The position numbers and the translations under genes were made by a program. 64,000 nt of DNA from Rhodospirillales bacterium (GTDB taxonomy: Bacteria > Pseudomonadota > Alphaproteobacteria > Rhodospirillales > UBA2165): assembly GCA_965213765.1 (NCBI GenBank), contig OZ243926.1, positions 2,626,971-2,690,970 of the forward strand, given 5' to 3'. Of the stretch, positions 1 through 9,597 are shown piece after piece (the stretch's first letter is position 1; every line of letters begins with the position of its first letter). The notes below the pieces were generated by a model. It saw only the letters and a list, made by a program, of their open reading frames with translations, made no database searches and had not been told where the DNA came from.

Positions 1-135
1 TGGCTATCCGCCGGCGGAACGCGCCGCAGGGCCCGTCAAGAACATCGGCGCGCCGATACCCTCGAAAAGGACCTGGAAACTCTCAAATCCAAGATCGACG
101 AACTCGACAAGAGCGGCACCGGCCCCTCGGCCTGA
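1..135 (+). CDS. 3' end of a CDS entering from upstream (partial); charged helical tail, product not identifiable
   Basis: Frame 1 is open from base 1 to TGA 133-135 (..RRRARQEHRRADTLEKDLETLKSKIDELDKSGTGPSA*). A LapA/DUF1049-type protein at this position is only a synteny recollection. Confidence 0.3.
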   Translation, partial: WLSAGGTRRRARQEHRRADTLEKDLETLKSKIDELDKSGTGPSA

Positions 136-157
136 CCGAAGTCATTCGCTCCGGCCA

Positions 158-527
158 GGGTCCGGACCCGATTGAGCCGCCATAGGGATGTTGCGGCGAT
201 GAGGCATAAAATGATTGCGTCATGGCCGGCCTACGCCGTCCGAAAGTCGGCTTCGGCCGACTGAAGGCCGGGCCCACCGGACCGGCTTCGCCGGCCGGAG
301 GACAAACCGCGACCCGGCCATCCACGTGTACCGTGCCGCGAGGCGTGGATCACCGGGTCAAGCCCGGTGATGACGACTTGCCGGTGAGTGAGGGAGAGGG
401 AGCTTGCCGTGCGTCCCCTCGCCCCCGTCAGGGGGAGAGGGATGCGAAGGGTTGGCGAGCGAAGCGAGCTATAGCCGGAGCCGGGTGAGGGGGCAAAAAC
501 GGGAATCCCCTAATCGAGTCCGGACCC
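158..527 (+). repeat. GTCCGGAC-TIR mosaic element, copy R1 (complete, long variant)
   Basis: Left end is gggtccggacccgattgagccgccat. Right end is cccctaatcgagtccggaccc followed by TA (528-529). The ends are inverted repeats of each other. The interior carries the ccctcgcccccgtcagggggagaggg hairpin and the long internal module shared with R4. Confidence 0.8.
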
Positions 528-588
528 TAGCGCCGCAACCTCGGGGGCTGTATAAGACGGCGACCTCACCAAGCCTGGAGCATTGCGA

Positions 589-1314
589 ATGACCCTGCCG
601 CCTCATGAACGCGTCTTTGTCCCTCTCGATACGCCGGATCGCGACCGCGCCAAAGCGATTGCGTCCGATGTTGCGGGTCATGTCGGCGGCGTGAAGGTTG
701 GCAAGGAGTTGTTCACGGCGCTTGGGCCTGAAGCCGTCTTGGAGATTACCGGGGGAAATATACCGCTGTTTGTCGATCTCAAATTTCACGACATCCCGAA
801 CACGGTTGCCGGTGCCGTGCGAAGCGCGGTCAAAATGAAACCATACATGCTCAACGTTCACGCCGCGGGCGGCCGTGCCATGATGAGGGCGGCAGCCGAT
901 GCGGCCGGGGAGGCGGCATCGAAGATCGGGCTTCAAAAGCCTTTGGTGCTCGGCGTCACCGTGCTCACGTCGCTTGACGATAACGACCTCAAGGACACCG
1001 GTATCTCCGGTCCGACGCTGGATCAGGTAAAGCGGTTGGCGGCCCTCACTCAGGAGAGCGGATTGGACGGAGTCGTCTGTTCGGGACGCGAAATCGAAAC
1101 CCTGCGGGCGCAATGCGGTCCGGATTTCAAACTCGTGGTGCCCGGAATCCGGCCTGTCTGGGCGTCCACGGACGACCAGAAACGCATTCTCACACCCGCG
1201 GATGCCGTCGGCCGCGGGGCGGATTACCTGGTGATCGGGCGGCCGATCACCGGTGCCGCCGATCCCGCAGAGGCCGCCGGCCGGATTCGAGATGAACTTG
1301 CCGAGGCCGCTTGA
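589..1314 (+). CDS. pyrF: orotidine 5'-phosphate decarboxylase
   Basis: Translation (..VFVPLDTPDRDRAKAIASDVAGHVGGVKVGKELF..DLKFHDIPNTV..VIGRPIT) fits the PyrF family. I chose ATG 589 with GGAG 8 nt upstream over the TTG at 583. Confidence 0.9.
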   Translation: MTLPPHERVFVPLDTPDRDRAKAIASDVAGHVGGVKVGKELFTALGPEAVLEITGGNIPLFVDLKFHDIPNTVAGAVRSAVKMKPYMLNVHAAGGRAMMRAAADAAGEAASKIGLQKPLVLGVTVLTSLDDNDLKDTGISGPTLDQVKRLAALTQESGLDGVVCSGREIETLRAQCGPDFKLVVPGIRPVWASTDDQKRILTPADAVGRGADYLVIGRPITGAADPAEAAGRIRDELAEAA

Positions 1315-1975
1315 GGTAAAGATTTGCGGCCTTGACCGCCCGGAATCCGTAGCCGCCGCGGCAGCGGCCGGCGCGGACTATACCGGGTTTGTCTTTTACC
1401 CGCGATCACCGAGAAATCTGAGCCCCGCCCATGCGGCCGAGCTCATTGGGTTGGTTCCGGAGGGCGTGGTCCGGGCCGGATTGTTCGTCGATCCCAGCGA
1501 TGAACAAATCGATAGGGTGCTTGGAGCAACTTCCCTGGATCTCCTTCAGCTCCACGGCGGTGAGACACCGGACCGGGTCGGAGAGATCAAGGAACGCACG
1601 CGCCTCCCGGTCATGAAGGTAATTTCCGTGGCCGGCGCGGCCGACCTCGAACGCGCCGATGATTTCCGGAGCATCGCGGACCGCTTTCTCTTCGACGCCA
1701 AACCGCCTACGGATATGACGGATGCGCTTCCCGGCGGCAACGCGCTGATGTTCGATTGGCAGTTGCTGTCGGAACGCCGGATCGACACGCCCTGGATGCT
1801 TGCGGGCGGTTTAACCGACCAGAACGTGGCTCAGGCCATCCAAATCTCGGGCGCCAGGGCCGTTGACGTGTCGTCCGGGGTTGAGGATCGGCCAGGGGTG
1901 AAAAACGTCGATAAAATTCAACGGTTTATCGGCGCGGTCCGATCCGTGCCGATCAACGTGCAGACCATGAAATAA
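1292..1975 (+). CDS. trpF: phosphoribosylanthranilate isomerase
   Basis: [14 protein letters not shown].. is a typical TrpF N-terminus, and trpB/trpA follow. The start is placed at in-frame ATG 1292, which overlaps the pyrF end. Confidence 0.85.
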   Translation: MNLPRPLEVKICGLDRPESVAAAAAAGADYTGFVFYPRSPRNLSPAHAAELIGLVPEGVVRAGLFVDPSDEQIDRVLGATSLDLLQLHGGETPDRVGEIKERTRLPVMKVISVAGAADLERADDFRSIADRFLFDAKPPTDMTDALPGGNALMFDWQLLSERRIDTPWMLAGGLTDQNVAQAIQISGARAVDVSSGVEDRPGVKNVDKIQRFIGAVRSVPINVQTMK

Positions 1976-2043
1976 CCCTCGTTGCACCGGCAACGGTGTG
2001 GTTTATTAGCGGCCAATCAAGAAACCAGGGCCACGACCACGGC

Positions 2044-3258
2044 ATGACCAAGCCCAACACCTACCAGCGAGGTCCCGACAACGACGGGCATTTTGGAATC
2101 TATGGCGGCCGATACGTCGCCGAGACCCTGATGCCCCTCATTCTCGATGTCGAGCGAGCCTATGACGAGGCCCGCAACGACCCGGCGTTCCAGGCGGAAC
2201 TGAGCTCTTATTTGACGAGTTATGTGGGCCGGCCGACGCCGCTCTACCTCGCCGAACGCTTGACCGAACATTTGGGGGGCGCGCGGATCTACTTCAAGCG
2301 CGAGGACCTCAATCATACCGGCGCCCATAAGATCAACAATTGCATGGGACAAATTTTGCTCGCCAAACGGATGGGCAAGCGCCGGGTCATCGCCGAAACC
2401 GGCGCCGGTCAGCACGGCGTCGCCACCGCGACCGTGTGCGCCCTGTTCGGTCTCGAGTGCGTTGTCTATATGGGCGAGATCGACATCGAGCGGCAAGCGC
2501 CCAACGTATTTCGGATGAAGATGCTTGGCGCCGAAGTTCGACCGGTAACGTCGGGCTCCGGGACCCTGAAAGACGCCATGAACGATGCGCTCCGCGACTG
2601 GGTGGCGACGGTCGATGATACCTACTACCTGATCGGAACCGTTGCCGGACCGCACCCCTATCCGACCATGGTTCGGGAATTCCAGTCGGTGATCGGCGAA
2701 GAGACAAAGGCGCAGATAAACGAAATCGAGGGACGAAACCCCGATACGCTTCTCGCCTGCATCGGCGGCGGATCAAACGCAATCGGCATGTTTCATCCAT
2801 TCCTCGATGATGATCAGGTCCGGATTATTGCCGTTGAAGCCTCAGGCGAAGGGATCGAGACGGGCAAGCACGCCGCCAGCCTCACCGCGGGAAAGCCCGG
2901 CGTCCTGCACGGCAACCGGACCTATTTGCTGCAAGACGACGACGGCCAGATTACCGAAGCCCATAGTATCTCGGCCGGTCTGGATTATCCGGGCATCGGA
3001 CCCGAACACGCCTGGCTCCATGACCTTGGCCGCGTCGAGTACGTGTCCATCCGGGACGATGAGGCCGTGGATGCCTTTCAACTCTGCACCGAGGCCGAGG
3101 GAATCATTCCGGCCCTCGAATCCGCCCACGCGGTGGCCCATGCGGCAAAAATCGCCCCCGAACTCGCCTCGGACCACCTGATGGTCATAAATATGAGCGG
3201 ACGGGGTGACAAAGACCTTGAATCCGTCGGCGCCTACTTGAAAGCACAAGGGTCATGA
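2044..3258 (+). CDS. trpB: tryptophan synthase beta chain
   Basis: Carries the ..[32 protein letters not shown].. PLP-enzyme signature. The start is set at ATG 2044 (MTKPNTY). Confidence 0.95.
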   Translation: MTKPNTYQRGPDNDGHFGIYGGRYVAETLMPLILDVERAYDEARNDPAFQAELSSYLTSYVGRPTPLYLAERLTEHLGGARIYFKREDLNHTGAHKINNCMGQILLAKRMGKRRVIAETGAGQHGVATATVCALFGLECVVYMGEIDIERQAPNVFRMKMLGAEVRPVTSGSGTLKDAMNDALRDWVATVDDTYYLIGTVAGPHPYPTMVREFQSVIGEETKAQINEIEGRNPDTLLACIGGGSNAIGMFHPFLDDDQVRIIAVEASGEGIETGKHAASLTAGKPGVLHGNRTYLLQDDDGQITEAHSISAGLDYPGIGPEHAWLHDLGRVEYVSIRDDEAVDAFQLCTEAEGIIPALESAHAVAHAAKIAPELASDHLMVINMSGRGDKDLESVGAYLKAQGS

Positions 3259-4073
3259 GCGGTACGCGAATATCCGCCCGATTTGACCGGTTGAAATCGG
3301 AGAACCGTTCGGGGCTGGTCACGTTCATTACCGCAGGCGATCCGGATCGCGGGACCTCGCAATCCATATTGGATGCGCTCCCCGGGGCCGGCGCCGATCT
3401 CATCGAATTGGGAATGCCGTTTTCCGATCCCATGGCCGATGGTCCGGCCATTCAGGCAGCGAGCCTGCGGGCGCTCAACAATGGCGCCAACATGAAGCAA
3501 ACCCTGGAAATGGTGGCGTCGTTCCGAAAAAACGACGAACAGACGCCTGTCATCTTGATGGGTTACTACAATCCCATCTACGCCTACGGACCGGAAGAGT
3601 TCATGGCCGATGCCAAGAGCGCCGGCGTCGACGGATTGATTGTCGTCGACCTGCCGCCCGAGGAGACCGAGCTTCGGCAACCTGCCGAGGCCGCCGGGTT
3701 GGACTTCGTTTACCTGACCGCGCCGACCACCGATGACCATCGTCTGCCCCATGTGGTCGAACACGCCGGGGGGTTCATCTACCATGTTTCAATAACGGGA
3801 ATTACCGGCACCAAATCGGCTAACGCCGGTGCGGTCGAAACAGCCGTTTCGCGAATTCGCCGCCACACCAGCCTGCCGATTGCCGTCGGATTTGGTATCA
3901 AGACCCCGGCGCAGGCGGCTGAAATCGGCAAGTTTGCCGATGCCGTCGTCGTCGGTTCCGCCGTGGTCTCTCAAATCGAGGAAAATCTAAACGGCGACGG
4001 GCCGTCGGCGTCTGCGTGCCGGGATGCCGTCCTCGGACTGGTCAGAGACCTCGCAGGCGGATTGAAGCGCTAG
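3255..4073 (+). CDS. trpA: tryptophan synthase alpha chain
   Basis: The start overlaps the trpB stop (ATGA). The translation ..[30 protein letters not shown].. fits TrpA. Confidence 0.95.
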   Translation: MSGTRISARFDRLKSENRSGLVTFITAGDPDRGTSQSILDALPGAGADLIELGMPFSDPMADGPAIQAASLRALNNGANMKQTLEMVASFRKNDEQTPVILMGYYNPIYAYGPEEFMADAKSAGVDGLIVVDLPPEETELRQPAEAAGLDFVYLTAPTTDDHRLPHVVEHAGGFIYHVSITGITGTKSANAGAVETAVSRIRRHTSLPIAVGFGIKTPAQAAEIGKFADAVVVGSAVVSQIEENLNGDGPSASACRDAVLGLVRDLAGGLKR

Positions 4074-4095
4074 CCGAAATTCCGAGCGCACCGCC

Positions 4096-5376
4096 GTGAC
4101 CGCAACCTCTCTTATTGACCGGCTTTTTCAGCGTCACCCCAGGGTGATCGATCTCTCCCTGGACCGGATTCAGCTCCTGCTCGATAGGCTGGATCACCCG
4201 GAACGCAAGCTGCCGCCGGTGGTCCATGTGGCCGGCACCAACGGAAAGGGCTCGGTAATCGCCTTCCTGCGCGCGTTCGCCGAAGCCGCCGGTCTCAAAG
4301 TTCACGTTTACACCTCACCTCACCTGATACGCTTCAATGAACGAATTCGTATTGCCGGAAACTTGATTTCCGACAATCGGCTGCTGGAGTTGCTGGAAGA
4401 GTGCGAATCCGCGGCGGGTGACGACCCCATCACTTTTTTTGAGATAACCACCGCCGTCGCCTACCTCGCATTTTCAAGGACATCTGCGGACCTGGCGCTC
4501 ATCGAAACCGGTCTCGGCGGCCGTCTGGATGCGACGAATGTCCTCGACGCGCCTGCCGTGACGGCGTTGACCCCGATCTCTCTGGATCATCAGCGGTATT
4601 TGGGAAATGAGCTGACCGGGATTGCCGGTGAGAAAGCCGCCATCATGAGGCCCGACGTGCCGTGCATCGTTGCCCGGCAGCCGGCTGAAGCGATGCCGGT
4701 CATAAAGAAAAAGGCGGACGAAATCGGCGCCGACTTATTGGTTTCGGGGCGGGATTGGTCCGTCGAGCGGGAACGGGCCCGGATGGCCGTCAGAACACCG
4801 GGCAAACTCCGGGACTTGCCGGTCCCCATGCTCGCCGGCGACCACCAGATCGAGAATGCCGCCCAGGCAATCGCGTGCCTCGATTCACTTGGCGGAGTCT
4901 CGATTCCCGACGCCGCCGTCACCAAGGGCCTCAACGGCGTCGACTGGCCCGGCCGCCTCCAACGGCTGACAAAAGGGCCGCTCCTGGACGACCTCCCGCC
5001 GGGGTGGGAAATCTGGGTGGACGGGGGGCATAACGGCGGCGCCGGAATCGTCTTGGCCCGACAGGCGGCGCGCTGGAAAGACCGTCCGCTGGCGCTGATG
5101 GTCGGCATGCTGAAGTCCAAGGATCCGCGGGTATTTCTCGAATCGCTCGCGCCCCATACTCAACTCACCGTGGCGTTGAAAATTCCCGGCGAAGACGGCG
5201 CCTGGTCCTCCGAAGACTTGGCCAAGCAGGCAACGGCAGCCGGTATGACCGCGCTCGAATCCGGCGGACCTCATCCGGCCGCACAAAGAATTCTATCCCG
5301 CCTGGATCGCCCGGGCAGAATCCTGATTTGCGGATCACTCTATCTGGCGGGTGAAATCCTCAAGACTCACACCTGA
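4096..5376 (+). CDS. folC: bifunctional folylpolyglutamate synthase / dihydrofolate synthase
   Basis: GTG start. VHVAGTNGKGS P-loop and Mur-ligase-like body, and it lies downstream of the trp genes as in many Alphaproteobacteria. Confidence 0.85.
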   Translation: MTATSLIDRLFQRHPRVIDLSLDRIQLLLDRLDHPERKLPPVVHVAGTNGKGSVIAFLRAFAEAAGLKVHVYTSPHLIRFNERIRIAGNLISDNRLLELLEECESAAGDDPITFFEITTAVAYLAFSRTSADLALIETGLGGRLDATNVLDAPAVTALTPISLDHQRYLGNELTGIAGEKAAIMRPDVPCIVARQPAEAMPVIKKKADEIGADLLVSGRDWSVERERARMAVRTPGKLRDLPVPMLAGDHQIENAAQAIACLDSLGGVSIPDAAVTKGLNGVDWPGRLQRLTKGPLLDDLPPGWEIWVDGGHNGGAGIVLARQAARWKDRPLALMVGMLKSKDPRVFLESLAPHTQLTVALKIPGEDGAWSSEDLAKQATAAGMTALESGGPHPAAQRILSRLDRPGRILICGSLYLAGEILKTHT

Positions 5377-5391
5377 ACCGGCGGGTACTTA

Positions 5392-5570
5392 GGTCCGGAC
5401 TCAATTGAGCCGCCATAGGAGTGTTGCGGCGCTGCGGACGGCGCGGCACAAGGTCCCTCGCCCCCGTCAGGGGGAGAGGGATGCGGAGGGTTGGCGAGGC
5501 GAACGCCAAGCCTACCCGGCGCCGGGTGAGGGGGAGTTTCGGTCGGTCCGCTCGTCCCCTCCCGGGGGAC
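5392..5570 (+). repeat. GTCCGGAC-TIR mosaic element, copy R2 (left TIR plus hairpin module; right end not recognisable)
   Basis: TA (5390-5391) is followed by ggtccggactcaattgagccgccataggagtgttgcggcg and the ccctcgcccccgtcagggggagagggatgcggagggttggcgaggcgaacgccaagcctacccgg module. The right boundary is approximate. Confidence 0.7.
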
Positions 5571-5663
5571 CGAGGAGCGCCATCGAAGGCCGGGTTCCTT
5601 CGCGTCGCGGCCGAATTCCCGTCTTCGCGCACGAACCGCCCCGCTCATTCATCTCAGGTCCCA

Positions 5664-5691
5664 AGCAAAACCCCGCCACTGGGACGGGGTC
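5664..5691 (-). terminator. putative intrinsic terminator downstream of trxA
   Basis: The minus strand reads ACCCCGTCCCAGTGGCGGGGTTTTG, a GC stem (CCCCG/CGGGG) followed by a T run, about 30 nt after the trxA stop. Confidence 0.55.
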
Positions 5692-5717
5692 TCGATGAAT
5701 GGCGGACGCAATCGGCT

Positions 5718-6035
5718 TCAGATGACCGATTCGACCCATTCCATGAGCTTGCTCTTGGGCAGCGCGCCAACTTTCATGGACGCGACCTCACCGTCCTTGA
5801 AAAGCATCAACGTCGGAATTCCGCGTACGCCGTATTTGGAGGGCGTCTCCGGATTGTCGTCGATATTCACCTTGGCAATCGTGAGTTTGTCGCCAAGTTC
5901 GGTACCGATTTCGTCGAGGGACGGGGCGATCTGTTTACAGGGACCGCACCACTCGGCCCAGAAATCCACCAACACGGGGCCGGATGCTTGAAGCACATCC
6001 GAGTCGAACGACGAATCGCTTACGTCTTTGGCCAT
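5718..6035 (-). CDS. trxA: thioredoxin
   Basis: WAEWCGPCK active site and a product of about 105 aa. The start is set at the second ATG (MAKDVSDS) with AGGA upstream. Confidence 0.95.
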   Translation of the reverse strand: MAKDVSDSSFDSDVLQASGPVLVDFWAEWCGPCKQIAPSLDEIGTELGDKLTIAKVNIDDNPETPSKYGVRGIPTLMLFKDGEVASMKVGALPKSKLMEWVESVI

Positions 6036-6126
6036 AACATTTTTCCTTTCCAATGCCGCACAGCGATGCCGCTCGCGAGGGATATTGTGGATGAGGAAGC
6101 CAATCTATGTGCGGCCCGGATGCCCG

Positions 6127-9100
6127 TCAAGGGACGTACCGGTCCGTAAGTTCCCCGGGGATTTCCATAATGATCGGGCCGTCGGTCCAAAGCAGGACGC
6201 ACGCGATTTCGCGGTCCGCATAGATTTCGGCAACCACGGAACGGTAGATCGCCAACTGCCGCAAATAGGCCGGGGGCACATCCTCCGGCGACCGGGGCGG
6301 CGGCCGATTGGTTTTGTAATCGACAATCGTGACCTTTTCCCTGTCGACCAGAATGCGGTCGATCTGACCGGAGACGGCCTGATCACCGACGAGGCCGACA
6401 ATCGGCACCTCGGCCCGCGATCCTTTGCCAAACAGCGGGGCCGCAACCGGATCTTCCATGACCGCCAAGGTCTCGCGGGCAATTTGTTCCCGGTCCGCCC
6501 GCTCGAGGTCTTGTGCGGCGCCGGACAAATACGCCGCGGCGGCGTCGGGCCGTGATTCCCCGGGAAGGTCCGGCAGTGTCTGAAGAAGGTTGTGGATCAA
6601 CAGCCCACGGCGAAATCGCTCCGAATTATCTTGCCCGAGTGGAGACCGAACCGGCGGATCGTCATCCGCCGGCCGCGACGGGCTGAGCGGTCGAGGCAGA
6701 GGGGCTTCCGGCGCCGGCGGCTCGTCTGCCCAACTCGGCAACGGTATCGAAGCGAGCTCTTGCGGGTCCGAGGTCTTCCCGACTTCCCTGGTTTGAGGCG
6801 CCGCAAGACGGAAAATCTTCTTGGCCGGCCCACCATCCCATTCGGCGAGAATCGGATCATCGACAGCCTCGGCAAGCGGCTCGAGCGCTTGACTGATCAA
6901 CTCGTACCAATTGCCCTCGGGCGCCTTGGTCTTGGTCTCCCAGCCGCAGATGTAGAGCCGGTCTTCCGCCCGCGTCATGGCGACGTAGAGCAGCCGCCGA
7001 TATTCCCGCTGCTGGGCAACGCGGTCTTTTTCCGCCAGCCGGTCGCCGACGGCCTCGCGAAATGCCCGGCGCGGCGGCCACAGCAAGAACGCCGCGCCGT
7101 CCTCATCCCGGCTGCCCCACAGCAGGCCGGCCCCCTGACGCGGCACCTGCATTGTATCCGGCAGAAATACGATTGGCGCTTGCAAGCCCTTGGCGCCGTG
7201 AACCGTCATGATCCGAACCGCGCCGCCGCGGCCCTGGTCCAAATCCCGCTTTACCTCAACCGCGCCGGCCTCCATCCATTGCAGAAATCCCTGAAGCGAC
7301 GGGGTGTGGCTTCGTTCGAAAGCCAGTGCCAGGTTCAGAAATTCAGTAAGAGGATCAATCGCCTCGGGCCCTAGCCGGGCAAGCAAACGGCGGCGTCCGC
7401 CCCGTGCGCCAAGGATGCCGGCAAACAGCTCATAGGGGGGCAGGTAATCGGCGGCGGCAAGCACGTCCCGCAGAAATTCGTGGGCGGCGGCAAATCTCGG
7501 ACTGGACTCCCGGCGGGCCTGGAGTTCCGACCACAAGCTTCCTTCCCGGTTATAGGCGAGTTCGAACAGGTCCTCTTCGGTCAGGCCTACAATCGGGCTC
7601 TTGAACACCGTCGCCAGCGTGAGGTCGTCCTCGGGAAACAGCAGAAACCGGCCCAGCGCCAACAGATCCATGACCGCGATGTGCTCGGTGAGCACCAATC
7701 GGTCGACACCCGCGACGTCGATGTCCAACGCCTTGAGCGCGCGCACCAGATCATCCACGAATACGCCGCGGCGCCTGACCAAAACCATGATGTCGCCGGC
7801 GGCGATCGGACGGCCCGCGGATTCGAGCACCTCGCCATCGTTGATCATCCGGGAAATGCGGGCGGCGATGATGGCCGCAAGCCGGGCCTGCGGCGTTCCG
7901 CCCCCGATCCGCTCAACCGGCGGTTTCCAGGTCTCGGTCTCATCCGACTCCAGCGGCGGAACGGGCGGCCACAGTTCCACGAGGCCGCCATCTCCCTCGC
8001 GGGCCGCCTCGTGCACAATTGGGCGATCATCCAGCGCCACGCCGTCCCGGGCCGGGACCTGTTCAAATACGGCGTCCACGGCGCGAAGGACCGGTCCGAC
8101 GGACCGGAAGGAAATATTCAGATCCACGTCCAACCATTGACCGCCGGCGCCGGGGACCGTCCGGGCCAGCCGATCCCGTACCGCGGTGAAGTTTTCCGGC
8201 GCGGCGCCCTGGAAACTGTAAATCGACTGCTTGACGTCACCGACCGCGAACATGGTGCGGTTCAGGTCGCGGGCCCCCTCACCGGCAAAGAATTCCCCGA
8301 CAATCGAATCGACGACGGACCACTGATCCGGGCTGGTATCCTGAGCCTCGTCGATCAGGACATGATCGAGACCGCCGTCGAGCTTGTAGAGCACCCATGA
8401 CGAGATGCCGGAACGCGCGAAAAGCCGCCCGGCATCGAGAATCAAGTCTTCATAGTCGAGGAGCGCCCGGGACCGCTTTTCCCGCTGATAAGTATCGATG
8501 AGAGTCCGTGAAATCACCGTCAGCGCCCGGGTCGCGCTTGCCGTCGCCGCCGCCCGGCTCTTAAGGACGAACCGAGCCAGCCGTTCGGCCTCGGCCTCGA
8601 GGATATCCTCGGCGCCGGGCGCGGCTGCCGCGGTCGCTTTGTTGATTAGGCGTTTCGCCTGCCTAACAACGCCGTCTCTATGGTCCCGGGTCAAGAAATA
8701 GTCGAGGTACGGCGTTAGCCCGGTGATCCGTCCGATCCGGTCCGCATCCAGCCAGCGGGAAAGCATCCTGCCTTTCTGGGCTTCGGACTCCGTGCCCTGT
8801 TGAAGTGCTTCCGCCGCCATTCTCAGGCCAAGCTGATCGAAGGCCGCGTCACCGACCGCTTGTTCGGTCAGGCTCGATATCGTGTCACCGGGCGCCAGAC
8901 CGAGCGCATCGCGGACGATATCGCTCAAGGGCACGGGCCCTCCCGCCTGATCCAACATCCGGCGCAGCCGTCCCCGCTGATTTGCCAACGTCGAAATCAG
9001 ACCCGGAAATTCGAACTCATAGACATGTTTGGTTATTTCGGCGAGGGCATCCGTCAGTTCGGGGTCCCGGGCCTGTTGCGCTTCGCGCAGAATATGCGCC

Positions 9101-9597
9101 TCGGCAAAGGCGAGCGTTTCCTCCGCATCACGTTCGTCCATCAACGAAAAATGGGGCGCGATTTGCGCCTCGATTGGAAATCGGCGGAGCAGTGATTGGC
9201 AGAAGGCGTGTATGGTTTCGATGCGCATCCCCCCCGGCGTATCCAAGACCGTCGCGAACAGACGCCGGGCCCGGCGGCAGGTATCCTCGTCGGGCTGTCC
9301 GCCGGTCAGCGACGTCAGCGCCGCCTTGAGATCTTCGTCCGGCGCCATCGTCCATTGACCAAGCTGATCGGCGACCCGGCCGGCCATTTCAGCCGCCGCC
9401 GCCCGGGTGAACGTCAAACACAACAGGCGCTCCGGCGGCGTCCCGTCGAGCAGCAGGCGCAGCACCCGGTCGGTCAGCACCTTGGTTTTGCCCGTGCCGG
9501 CCGACGCCGACACCCAGACGGAGACGTCCGGCCGGGTGGCCTTTCTTTGCCTGATGGCGGCGAGATCGGCCGCCGGCCGTTCGCTGGTGCCGTTCAC
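6127..9597 (-). CDS. addA: double-strand break repair helicase AddA (UvrD/PcrA-type helicase plus C-terminal nuclease)
   Basis: ASAGTGKTKVL Walker A and UvrD-like motifs, with a length of about 1150 aa. The GTG start overlaps the addB stop (GTGA at 9594-9597). Confidence 0.9.
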   Translation of the reverse strand: MNGTSERPAADLAAIRQRKATRPDVSVWVSASAGTGKTKVLTDRVLRLLLDGTPPERLLCLTFTRAAAAEMAGRVADQLGQWTMAPDEDLKAALTSLTGGQPDEDTCRRARRLFATVLDTPGGMRIETIHAFCQSLLRRFPIEAQIAPHFSLMDERDAEETLAFAEAHILREAQQARDPELTDALAEITKHVYEFEFPGLISTLANQRGRLRRMLDQAGGPVPLSDIVRDALGLAPGDTISSLTEQAVGDAAFDQLGLRMAAEALQQGTESEAQKGRMLSRWLDADRIGRITGLTPYLDYFLTRDHRDGVVRQAKRLINKATAAAAPGAEDILEAEAERLARFVLKSRAAATASATRALTVISRTLIDTYQREKRSRALLDYEDLILDAGRLFARSGISSWVLYKLDGGLDHVLIDEAQDTSPDQWSVVDSIVGEFFAGEGARDLNRTMFAVGDVKQSIYSFQGAAPENFTAVRDRLARTVPGAGGQWLDVDLNISFRSVGPVLRAVDAVFEQVPARDGVALDDRPIVHEAAREGDGGLVELWPPVPPLESDETETWKPPVERIGGGTPQARLAAIIAARISRMINDGEVLESAGRPIAAGDIMVLVRRRGVFVDDLVRALKALDIDVAGVDRLVLTEHIAVMDLLALGRFLLFPEDDLTLATVFKSPIVGLTEEDLFELAYNREGSLWSELQARRESSPRFAAAHEFLRDVLAAADYLPPYELFAGILGARGGRRRLLARLGPEAIDPLTEFLNLALAFERSHTPSLQGFLQWMEAGAVEVKRDLDQGRGGAVRIMTVHGAKGLQAPIVFLPDTMQVPRQGAGLLWGSRDEDGAAFLLWPPRRAFREAVGDRLAEKDRVAQQREYRRLLYVAMTRAEDRLYICGWETKTKAPEGNWYELISQALEPLAEAVDDPILAEWDGGPAKKIFRLAAPQTREVGKTSDPQELASIPLPSWADEPPAPEAPLPRPLSPSRPADDDPPVRSPLGQDNSERFRRGLLIHNLLQTLPDLPGESRPDAAAAYLSGAAQDLERADREQIARETLAVMEDPVAAPLFGKGSRAEVPIVGLVGDQAVSGQIDRILVDREKVTIVDYKTNRPPPRSPEDVPPAYLRQLAIYRSVVAEIYADREIACVLLWTDGPIIMEIPGELTDRYVP

